A stretch of DNA of 64,000 nucleotides. Source: Candidatus Falkowbacteria bacterium (GTDB lineage Bacteria > Patescibacteriota > Patescibacteriia > Patescibacteriales > UBA12465). The stretch spans positions 773-64,772 of the forward strand of contig JAAZJO010000001.1 in the NCBI GenBank assembly GCA_012800315.1, read 5' to 3'. Below the pieces are notes generated by a model. It searched no databases and had not been told where the DNA came from. It saw only the letters and a list, made by a program, of their open reading frames with translations. Both the position numbers and the translations under genes were made by a program. This document shows, piece after piece, positions 56,754-64,000 of the stretch; the first letter of the stretch is position 1; each line of letters opens with the position of its first letter.

Positions 56754-56972
56754 TTATTTTTTCTTAGCAACCTTCTTAGCTGGTTTCTTAGCAACCTTCT
56801 TTACTGCTTTCTTAGCAGCTGGTTTCTTAGCAACCTTCTTGGCAGGTTTTTTTGCAACTTTTTTAGCTGGTTTTTTAGCAGCTGGTTTCTTAGCAACCTT
56901 CTTTACTGCTTTCTTAGCAGCTGGTTTCTTTGCCACCTTCTTAGCAGGTTTTTTTGCAACTTTCTTTTTCAT
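56754..56972 (-). CDS. Lys/Ala/Pro-rich histone H1-like DNA-binding protein
   Basis: 72 aa made almost entirely of KKPAKKVAKKPAAKKAVKKVA repeats. A strong SD-like GAGGGGGTGA lies just upstream of the ATG. Flanked by terminators. Confidence 0.7.
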   Translation of the reverse strand: MKKKVAKKPAKKVAKKPAAKKAVKKVAKKPAAKKPAKKVAKKPAKKVAKKPAAKKAVKKVAKKPAKKVAKKK

Positions 56973-57145
56973 AAACTCACCCCCTCTCTTGAGTAAATTA
57001 ACTTTTAAAATTTAATAGATTAATTTTTAAAATTTAATTTGATAGATAAAAATTTATCTTAAAAATAAAATTTTATCTTCTACAATAATTATACAACTTC
57101 TAAAATTAACTAGCAATACTTTTTCCCCTTTTTTAAAATTTTTTA

Positions 57146-57187
57146 TAAAAAAATTCCTCTGCCGATTCCGAAGCACAGGAATTTTTT
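57146..57187. terminator. Rho-independent terminator after glyQS (bidirectional shape)
   Basis: ATTCCTCTGC-cgattccgaa-GCACAGGAAT (10-bp stem, one mismatch) flanked by an A-run and a T-run. Confidence 0.65.
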
Positions 57188-57221
57188 ATTTTTTATTTTG
57201 CCAAACTAATTTTTTTCGCTC

Positions 57222-58610
57222 CTAAAATTTCAAACGAAAAAAATTTTCCAATTCTGATATTTTTATTCTCTCTTGTTTCATTGTATCACGATCGCGCACA
57301 GTCACTTCATCATTTTCTAAACTTTCAAAATCAACTGTCACACAAAATGGTGTTCCAATTTCATCTTGGCGGCGATAGCGTTTGCCAATATTGCCATTAT
57401 CATCAAACTCACAACGCCAAGTTAATTTTAAAACATCAAATATCTCACGCGCTTTAGCCACTAACTCTGGTTTATTTTTTAATAATGGGAAAACTGCAAT
57501 TTTAATTGGCGCTAGTTTTGCTGGGAAAGCTAAAACAATTCTCGTTTCTGTCTCAATTTTCTCCTCCCGATAAAATTCAGTTAACGCAGCCAAGAATGTC
57601 CGACCCACACCCGCTGAAGTTTCTACTACATGAGGAATAAATTTTTGATTAGTTACCGGATCAAGATAATTTAAGTCCTGACCAGAGGCTTGGCTATGAA
57701 CTGACAAATCATAATCACCACGCGCGTGTATTCCTTCCAACTCTTTAAAACCAAAAGGAAATTTGTATTCAATGTCATAAGCCTCTTTAGCATAAAAAAC
57801 TAAATTCTCATGTTTATGCCATTTTAAATTTTCTTCTTTAAAGCCCAAATTAAGATAAAAATTCCAACGCCACTCTCGCCACTGATTATAATAAGTCATT
57901 TCTTCTTCCGGCTGAACAAAGTATTGCATCTCCATCTGTTCAAACTCACGAGTCCGAAAAATAAATTGCCGAGCAGTAATTTCATTACGAAAAGCTTTGC
58001 CAATCTGCGCAATGCCAAAAGGAATTTTAACGCGAGCCGAATCTAAAACATTTTTAAAATTAACATAAATCCCCTGACAAGTTTCCCCGCGTAAATAAGT
58101 TGGTTCTTTTGACCAGTCGCTGGTAAAATTTCCTAAATTAGATTGAACTAGCAAATTAAATTTTTTGCCGGGAGTAAACTCGTGTCCACCACAAACCGGA
58201 CATTTCACTTTATTTAAATTGTCATTAAAGATTTTATTAATTTCCGCCTCAGTCATTTTTTCATCAGCAAAAACACCTGCTTCCTCTAATAAAGTATCTA
58301 AGCGTAAACGGCTGTGACATTTCTTGCATTCTGTTAAAGGGTCAGAAAAGCCCTTAACATGACCTGATGCCTCCCAGATTCTCGGGCTCATAAAAATAGC
58401 TGCATCTAAACCAACAATATCATCACGCAGTTGGGTCATCGCTTTCCACCATTCCTTTTTAATGTTATTGGCCAGCTCAACACCATAAGGACCATAATCA
58501 TAAACAGCCGCTAAACCATCATAAATTTCTGAAGATGGAAAAACAAAACCACGACGTTTACAAAGTGAAATTATTTTATCCATAGAGGTGTCTTTTTCTT
58601 GTTTACTCAT
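57222..58610 (-). CDS. glyQS: Glycine--tRNA ligase (homodimeric alpha2 type)
   Basis: MDKIISLCKRRGFVFPSSEIYDGLAAVYDYGPYGVEL start; class II motifs (FRNEITARQFIFRTREFEQMEMQYF; ETSAGVGR); C-terminal anticodon-binding domain. Confidence 0.93.
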   Translation of the reverse strand: MSKQEKDTSMDKIISLCKRRGFVFPSSEIYDGLAAVYDYGPYGVELANNIKKEWWKAMTQLRDDIVGLDAAIFMSPRIWEASGHVKGFSDPLTECKKCHSRLRLDTLLEEAGVFADEKMTEAEINKIFNDNLNKVKCPVCGGHEFTPGKKFNLLVQSNLGNFTSDWSKEPTYLRGETCQGIYVNFKNVLDSARVKIPFGIAQIGKAFRNEITARQFIFRTREFEQMEMQYFVQPEEEMTYYNQWREWRWNFYLNLGFKEENLKWHKHENLVFYAKEAYDIEYKFPFGFKELEGIHARGDYDLSVHSQASGQDLNYLDPVTNQKFIPHVVETSAGVGRTFLAALTEFYREEKIETETRIVLAFPAKLAPIKIAVFPLLKNKPELVAKAREIFDVLKLTWRCEFDDNGNIGKRYRRQDEIGTPFCVTVDFESLENDEVTVRDRDTMKQERIKISELENFFRLKF

Positions 58611-58646
58611 ATATTTATTATTTTCTGTTTACTATTTTATTAAAAT

Positions 58647-60347
58647 CTACATCTCCTCAATCACTGGCATGCCTAAAAGATTAAAGCCATTATTTAATAC
58701 TTGGGTAATTGCCTTAATTAATGATAGGCGAGCCTGACGTGTTTTTGACCCTGCTTTCAAAATTGGTACTTCATGATAATAATCATTTGATAATTGAACT
58801 AATTCAAATAAATATTTAGCGACTTCGCTCGGATTATATTTTTCTCCAGCCAATTTAACAACTTCTTGATACTGTGCCAACTTCAGCAACAACCCTTTCT
58901 CTCTTGCTTCTTTAAGTTCTTTTAAGTCTACTCGCCAATTAAATAACTTTACCGGCTCTTTACGAATAACGCTTTTTAAGCGCGCATAACCATATTGTAA
59001 ATAACAAGCCGTAAAACCATCAAAGCGTAAAGCATTATTAATATCAAAAACAATAATTTTATCAGCGCTCACCTTCAACATCTCAAACTTCATGGTTGAA
59101 ATAGCTAAACTTAAGGCCGCCTGTTCAACCCGACTATCAATCCAGTCTTCGTGGCGTTTTTTAGTTTCAATAATTAATTTTTCCCAAATTTTATTTTTCA
59201 GCGACTCATAAGTAATTACATTGCCTGTTCGTGAAGCCATCATACCTTCCGGTAAAGTAACAAAATCATAACTAAGATGTTTTATTTTTTGCCTATAACC
59301 CATTAACTCAAAAATTTTAGCTAACTGCTGAAAATATAAACTTTGACGAACATCAATAACGTAAAGAGATTCTTTAATTTTATATTTTTTAAATTTCGCT
59401 TGAGCTAAAGCAAAGTCAGCCACCGGATAAAGAGCTGTGCCATCTGTCCTAATTATCGGCAAAACGGATAAACCATATTGCTCTAAATTAGCAATAATTG
59501 CTCCTTGACTTTTCACTAATTGACCAGCAGCCAATAACTCATTAACTAATTTTAAGCCGGCATCAGTATATTCACTTTCATAAAAAGTGTGTTCAAACTT
59601 AACTTCTAGTTCTTGATAAATAGAAGCAAAATAATCAATGCTCCATTTTCTGGTCTCTGCCCATAAGTCATAATACTTTCCTTGACGACTTTCAATCGCC
59701 TTCATTATCTGACTAACCTCTTCTTTATATTCTGGGTGCTCGTCTAATAAGCGGGAAGATTCGCTATAACATTTTCCTAAAAGATAACCCTTGGGCTCTG
59801 AGCTAATCTTATATTTCTGATTACGTTCCCAGTTCCATAAAGTTTTAGCAGTAAAAATACCAAAATCATTAATAAAAGATACTGGAATGGATTTATAGCC
59901 ATTAGCGTTTAATAAATGATTAACCGCATCACCATAAGCAATATTGCGTAAATGTCCGACATGATATTCTTTGTGCGTGTTTCCATTAGAAAACTCAATC
60001 ATTATCCGTCTGCCTCTACCAGAACAATTAGTTCCATACTTTTCGCCCTTTTTCTTTATCTCCCTGATCACCTTATTAGCCAGATACTCACTCTTAATAT
60101 AAAAATTAAGATAAGGACCAGCCGCTTTTATGTCGGAAAAATATTTTTTTAATCGGGAACTATTTTTTAATTTTTCCGCCAACTCCCCAGCTAAAGCAGC
60201 CGGATTTTTCTTGTTTTCTTTAGCCAACTCAAAACAAGCTAAACTTAAATCTCCTAAATCGCTATTTGGCGGATAGGAAAAACTTGCTTTTTTTAATTTT
60301 AGCTCTCGGGTTATTTTATTTTTAACACTGGTTAAAATAGCAGGCAT
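58647..60347 (-). CDS. argS: Arginine--tRNA ligase
   Basis: EFSNGNTHKEYHVGHLRN (HIGH region), MMASRTGNV (KMSK-equivalent of ArgRS), C-terminal DALR anticodon-binding helices ending ..PVIEEM. Confidence 0.92.
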   Translation of the reverse strand: MPAILTSVKNKITRELKLKKASFSYPPNSDLGDLSLACFELAKENKKNPAALAGELAEKLKNSSRLKKYFSDIKAAGPYLNFYIKSEYLANKVIREIKKKGEKYGTNCSGRGRRIMIEFSNGNTHKEYHVGHLRNIAYGDAVNHLLNANGYKSIPVSFINDFGIFTAKTLWNWERNQKYKISSEPKGYLLGKCYSESSRLLDEHPEYKEEVSQIMKAIESRQGKYYDLWAETRKWSIDYFASIYQELEVKFEHTFYESEYTDAGLKLVNELLAAGQLVKSQGAIIANLEQYGLSVLPIIRTDGTALYPVADFALAQAKFKKYKIKESLYVIDVRQSLYFQQLAKIFELMGYRQKIKHLSYDFVTLPEGMMASRTGNVITYESLKNKIWEKLIIETKKRHEDWIDSRVEQAALSLAISTMKFEMLKVSADKIIVFDINNALRFDGFTACYLQYGYARLKSVIRKEPVKLFNWRVDLKELKEAREKGLLLKLAQYQEVVKLAGEKYNPSEVAKYLFELVQLSNDYYHEVPILKAGSKTRQARLSLIKAITQVLNNGFNLLGMPVIEEM

Positions 60348-60408
60348 AAAAAGACATTAAAATACTGCCACTAATAGTTTCAGTCGCTTGGTATTAATTA
60401 TTGAATTA

Positions 60409-60417
60409 TGTTATAAT
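60409..60417 (+). promoter_or_regulatory. Extended -10 promoter element (TGTTATAAT)
   Basis: Exact TGnTATAAT match 44 nt upstream of the ATG at 60462. Confidence 0.4.
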
Positions 60418-60461
60418 GGTATCAGACTTTTATAAGTTTTTCAATTAATTTTTAAAAAAAT

Positions 60462-61439
60462 ATGTTCTCTTATCGTTCAATTTTAAAACAGGCCTGGGCC
60501 ATAGTCTGGAAACATAAATATCTATGGATTTTTGGCTTATTTGCTTCTTTAGCTGCCGCCGGAGGCACGATGGAGTACCAATTTCTAACTGATTCTCTAA
60601 GCCAAGGAATAATTGATAGTTCCTATCTCAATTTAGTAAATATCTTAACCTTGGGTAATTTTTTTAAATTATTCTCCTTAGGTATAGCTAACCTTTTCAG
60701 TCAAAATATTATCTTTATTCTCAATGCTATCACTCTTCTTCTTCTTTTCTTACTACTAATCTCTCTTCTGGTGTGGTTAGCCATCACTTGCCAAGCAGCC
60801 TTGGTTGATAATGTTAAAAAAATCTCTACCTCTAAGAAAAAAAATATTACTTTTAGTTTCCGAGACGGACTAACCCAAGGAGCAAAACATTTCTGGCCAG
60901 TTTTAGGTTTAAATATTTTAACTAAAGCTCTTGTTTTTCTTGCCTTTTTTATTGTTAGTCTACCCTTGCTCTTTTTAGTTGGTAGCAATAGTTATGTTTT
61001 TGTGATTATCTATACTATTTTATTCACCATCTTTATTCCAGTCGCTGTCTCCTGCTCTTTAGTCGTGAAATATGCAATCTCCTACTGTATTTTAGAAAAC
61101 TATTCTTTAGTTAAATCAATAAAAAGTGCTTGGGAATTATTTAAGAAAAACTGGTTAATTAGCTTAGAAGTTGCCTTAATTTTATTCTTGATTAGTTTTC
61201 TAGCTGGCTTTATCGCCTTGGCAATTTTATTTATCCTATTTTTCCCTCTTTTCTGGGTCGGTTTATCTTTCTCAATTACCTGGTTAAGTATCATTATTTT
61301 AATTTTAGGCTTAATTTTTGTGATCGCCTTTGGCTCAATGATGACTAGTTTTCAAATAACTGCCTGGACAAATCTTTATCTACAACTTAAAAAAAATAAA
61401 CTTCTAGCTAAATTAGAAAGAATATTTAAACAGAACTAA
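60462..61439 (+). CDS. Polytopic membrane protein of unknown function
   Basis: 325 aa with about 6-7 hydrophobic helices and no catalytic motif recognised. Located immediately upstream (11 nt) of the PilB-like gene. Confidence 0.6.
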   Translation: MFSYRSILKQAWAIVWKHKYLWIFGLFASLAAAGGTMEYQFLTDSLSQGIIDSSYLNLVNILTLGNFFKLFSLGIANLFSQNIIFILNAITLLLLFLLLISLLVWLAITCQAALVDNVKKISTSKKKNITFSFRDGLTQGAKHFWPVLGLNILTKALVFLAFFIVSLPLLFLVGSNSYVFVIIYTILFTIFIPVAVSCSLVVKYAISYCILENYSLVKSIKSAWELFKKNWLISLEVALILFLISFLAGFIALAILFILFFPLFWVGLSFSITWLSIIILILGLIFVIAFGSMMTSFQITAWTNLYLQLKKNKLLAKLERIFKQN

Positions 61440-61450
61440 ATTAAACCGTT

Positions 61451-64000
61451 ATGAGTGATTTGACTTCAATTGAAAACTTAATTAATCCGTCCGACGATGA
61501 AGAAAGTGTGGTTGGACAATTTGCTAAAAAGCAAAAAGAAATCAAATCAAAAGAAATAGAAAAGAAAACCGAAAGAGAGGCGGCGGTCTTAGGTTTGCCT
61601 TATGTTAATCTCTTTGGCTTTCCTATTAGTCCGGAAGCTTTGGTTTTAATTCAAGAAAGCAGAGCGCAAGAAATAGGTGCGGTCTGTTTTTATTATGATG
61701 GGAAAAATCTTCGTCTCGGCTGTGTTGAGCCAACACCAGAAGTAAAAGAAGAGCTGCTCCGCCTAAATGAACAATATTTTGTTGATGGCAAACTTTATCT
61801 CATCTCTGAGAATAGTTTAAATTACGCCTTAGAAGCTTATAAAGGTCTCCCTAAAACTAAACGTCAACAAGGCGGTATAGAAATTAGTGAGGAAAGTTTA
61901 GAAAAGTTTAAAAATGATATCGCTAATTATAAAAATTTAAATGATAAAATAAATGACGTTAATATCAGCGATGTTATTACCTTAATTTTAGCAACTGCCC
62001 TAAAAGTTGGAGCTAGTGATATCCATATTGAAGCCGGAGAAACTGGTGTAGCTATTAGAATCAGAATTGATGGTGTTTTACAAGAGGCAGCCACGATTAA
62101 TCGCGATAAATGGAAAAAAATAATTTCCCGCTTAAAAATATTAGCGCGTGTTAAAATTAATATTGAGAATAAGCCACAAGATGGACGCTATACTATTTAT
62201 TTAAAAAATAAAAAAATAGATGTACGTTGTTCGTTTTTACCAACAGCTTTCGGCGAAAGTGTTGTGATGCGTCTACTTGACTCTGAAGAAACTATTTTAG
62301 ATTTAGAGGCCCTAGGTGTTCGTCCAGAAATATTATCAATTTTAAAAAAAGAAATTAGTAAACCAAATGGTTTAATCTTAACTACCGGTCCCACTGGTAG
62401 CGGTAAAACAACCACTCTTTACGCCATTCTTAATAAACTAAATAAACCTGGAACAAAAATTATCACCCTGGAAGATCCGATTGAGTATCAGCTCAAAGGC
62501 GTTAACCAAAGCCAAGTTGATGAAAAGCGCGGCTATACTTTTTCTGATGGCCTGCGTTCTATTTTGCGACAAGATCCGAATGTTGTTATGATTGGAGAAA
62601 TCCGTGATTTAGAGACAGCTGAAATAGCTGTTCAAGCTTCTTTAACTGGTCACCTAGTTTTATCAACTATTCATACTAATGATGCCGCTGGAGTAATTCC
62701 TCGTTTAATTGATATTGGTGTTAAACCCTATTTCTTAGTACCCTCAATTAACGCTGTTATCGGTCAACGTTTGGTACGAAAACTTTGCCCTTATTGTCGC
62801 CGAGAGCATAAGCTTAGCCCTGCTGAAAGCGAACAAGTTAATAAAATATTAGCGGTTATCTCGCCTAAAGCGGAAATAGATATCCCAGCTATTTTACCAA
62901 CTATCTATCAAGCTGGGGAAGGTTGTGAACACTGTAATTTTATTGGCTACCAAGGACGAATTGGCATTATGGAAATTTTCACCATGAATGACAATATCAA
63001 ACAATTAACCATTGATAAAGCACCCTCCTTTAAAATACTTCAACAAGCGATTGAAAACGGCATGATTACCATGCTCCAAGATGGAGTTTTAAAAGCACTT
63101 GATGGTATCACTTCTCTGGACGAAGTTTATCGCGTCATCGGCAATTTTGATTATATCAATGAACTTTATGATATTGTAATCTCCCAAACTATTGGTCGGG
63201 GAATAAAAATTAAAGCAGCCGAATTTGAGCAAGCTAAAAAATTAAGTCAAAATATTTCAGCTATTGCTGAAACCGCCAAAGAAATCCCTAGCTCAGAATT
63301 AATTAACTTAGTGATGTCGCTAGCGATTGTTAATGAGGCGGGTGATATTCATATTGAACCAACCGAAAATGATGTTAGTGTTCGCTTCCGTATTGACGGC
63401 GTTCTTCATGATATTCTAAAACTACCAAAAACTAGCTATCTACCATTATTATCAGAAATAAAAATATTGGCTGGCGCGCCAACTAATATAAGACGGGCTA
63501 CTTTTGATGGGCGCTTCAGCGTTTACTTAGCAGACAAAAAAATTGATTGCCGTATTTCTATTATTGCTGGTGGTTATGGAGAAACAATTGTTATTCGCTT
63601 ACTAACGACCAACGCTATTAATTTAGAAATGGAAAAACTAGGCATCACTTCAGTTGCCCTAGACACCTTACAGCAAGCCATGAAAAAAACTCGTGGCATT
63701 ATTCTCACCACTGGCCCCACTGGTAGCGGTAAAACAACCACTCTTTACGCCATTCTTAATAAACTAAATAAACCAGATACTAAAATAATTACAATTGAAG
63801 ATCCGATTGAATACCAACTCCCTGGTGTAATGCAAACTCAAATTGACGAACAACGCGGCTATACCTTTGCTTCTGCGATGCGTTCTCTTTTACGCCAAAA
63901 CCCAAACATCATGATGATTGGAGAAATCCGTGATACAGAAACAGCTAAAATTGCCATGGAAGCTTCTTTGACTGGTCACTTAGTTTTATCAACTATTCAT
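61451..64000 (+). CDS. Tandem double PilB/GspE-family secretion ATPase (two complete ATPase modules in one ORF; 3' end beyond window)
   Basis: Not in the ORF track because it is open-ended. I translated from the ATG at 61451 and found no stop through 64000 (850 codons). Module 1: T2SE_N-like GLPYVNLFGFPISPEAL, ASDIHIE, Walker A GPTGSGKTTT, ITLEDPIEY, Walker B VVMIGEIRD, His box LTGHLVLSTIHTNDA, tetra-Cys CPYC..CEHC. A linker of about 40 aa follows. Module 2: AGDIHIEP, Walker A GPTGSGKTTT, ITIEDPIEY, IMMIGEIRD, LTGHLVLSTIH... Confidence 0.85.
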   Translation, partial: MSDLTSIENLINPSDDEESVVGQFAKKQKEIKSKEIEKKTEREAAVLGLPYVNLFGFPISPEALVLIQESRAQEIGAVCFYYDGKNLRLGCVEPTPEVKEELLRLNEQYFVDGKLYLISENSLNYALEAYKGLPKTKRQQGGIEISEESLEKFKNDIANYKNLNDKINDVNISDVITLILATALKVGASDIHIEAGETGVAIRIRIDGVLQEAATINRDKWKKIISRLKILARVKINIENKPQDGRYTIYLKNKKIDVRCSFLPTAFGESVVMRLLDSEETILDLEALGVRPEILSILKKEISKPNGLILTTGPTGSGKTTTLYAILNKLNKPGTKIITLEDPIEYQLKGVNQSQVDEKRGYTFSDGLRSILRQDPNVVMIGEIRDLETAEIAVQASLTGHLVLSTIHTNDAAGVIPRLIDIGVKPYFLVPSINAVIGQRLVRKLCPYCRREHKLSPAESEQVNKILAVISPKAEIDIPAILPTIYQAGEGCEHCNFIGYQGRIGIMEIFTMNDNIKQLTIDKAPSFKILQQAIENGMITMLQDGVLKALDGITSLDEVYRVIGNFDYINELYDIVISQTIGRGIKIKAAEFEQAKKLSQNISAIAETAKEIPSSELINLVMSLAIVNEAGDIHIEPTENDVSVRFRIDGVLHDILKLPKTSYLPLLSEIKILAGAPTNIRRATFDGRFSVYLADKKIDCRISIIAGGYGETIVIRLLTTNAINLEMEKLGITSVALDTLQQAMKKTRGIILTTGPTGSGKTTTLYAILNKLNKPDTKIITIEDPIEYQLPGVMQTQIDEQRGYTFASAMRSLLRQNPNIMMIGEIRDTETAKIAMEASLTGHLVLSTIH
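62390..62448 (+). repeat. Exact 59-bp direct repeat, copy 1 (Walker A region of PilB module 1)
   Basis: CCCACTGGTAGCGGTAAAACAACCACTCTTTACGCCATTCTTAATAAACTAAATAAACC is identical to 63716-63774. Confidence 0.9.
63716..63774 (+). repeat. Exact 59-bp direct repeat, copy 2 (Walker A region of PilB module 2)
   Basis: Identical to 62390-62448. The offset of 1326 nt (442 codons) keeps both copies in the same frame. Confidence 0.9.

Noticed and set aside
56754-56972. Tandem near-identical DNA repeats, considered as a CRISPR-like or satellite array.
   Set aside because: The repeats are contiguous with no spacers, maintain one reading frame from ATG to stop, and encode a coherent K/A/P-rich protein with an SD and a terminator. 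It is a coding repeat, not CRISPR.
62197-62415. 72-aa minus-strand ORF, the only track entry after 61439.
   Set aside because: It is antisense to the Walker A region of the open-ended PilB-PilB ORF, which the track omits because it has no stop within the window.
1-64000. Alternative genetic code (UGA recoded as in Gracilibacteria/SR1, or code 4).
   Set aside because: Under the standard code the window gives very long uninterrupted ORFs (up to 2108 aa) with conserved proteins of normal length. No gene appears fragmented at TGA.

Overview
AT-rich, very gene-dense window with about 50 genes, nearly all on the minus strand. I saw no rRNA, CRISPR array, transposase or integrase. Core content: ftsEX, anaerobic ribonucleotide reductase nrdR-nrdD-nrdG, ftsA-ftsZ, pilD, secDF, clpP, a short Rel, rpsU, hisS, lepB, queA, ruvB, an intein-bearing UvrD/PcrA-nuclease fusion, radC, rmuC, mscL, gyrA, ndk, glyQS, argS, and two tRNAs (Gly-CCC, Thr-CGU). 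This content, the many small single-TM proteins, the huge Cys-rich secreted proteins and the standard genetic code with mostly TAA stops suggest a small-genome Candidate Phyla Radiation / Patescibacteria-type bacterium; that taxonomic call is inference only. The main candidate for an undescribed system is 19969-34300. It is a seven-gene, co-directional, operon-like block (4731 aa in total) that encodes only membrane or secreted products. Its first two genes (907 and 2108 aa) share an N-terminal module of about 120 aa with the topology of a conjugative (TrbC/VirB2-type) pilin, fused to very large Cys-rich, Ig-like (SbsA-Ig, IPT/TIG, FN3) ectodomains. They are followed by a 934-aa Cys-repeat secreted protein and four small TM proteins, two of which carry thrombospondin-type-3-like Ca-binding repeats. 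Other unusual items: (1) the NrdD glycyl-radical motif lies on a separate 46-aa ORF, 69 nt after the NrdD stop. (2) A 362-aa intein sits in helicase motif III of the UvrD-like gene, and its central domain looks GIY-YIG-like rather than LAGLIDADG. (3) A single ORF encodes two complete tandem PilB/GspE ATPase modules that share an exact 59-bp repeat. (4) A soluble VirD4/TraG-like ATPase carries a CxxC-x17-CxxC tail and sits next to a DnaQ-like exonuclease. (5) An RlpA-like/DD-carboxypeptidase fusion is co-transcribed with ftsEX. All calls come from reading the sequence and ORF translations; no database search was possible.
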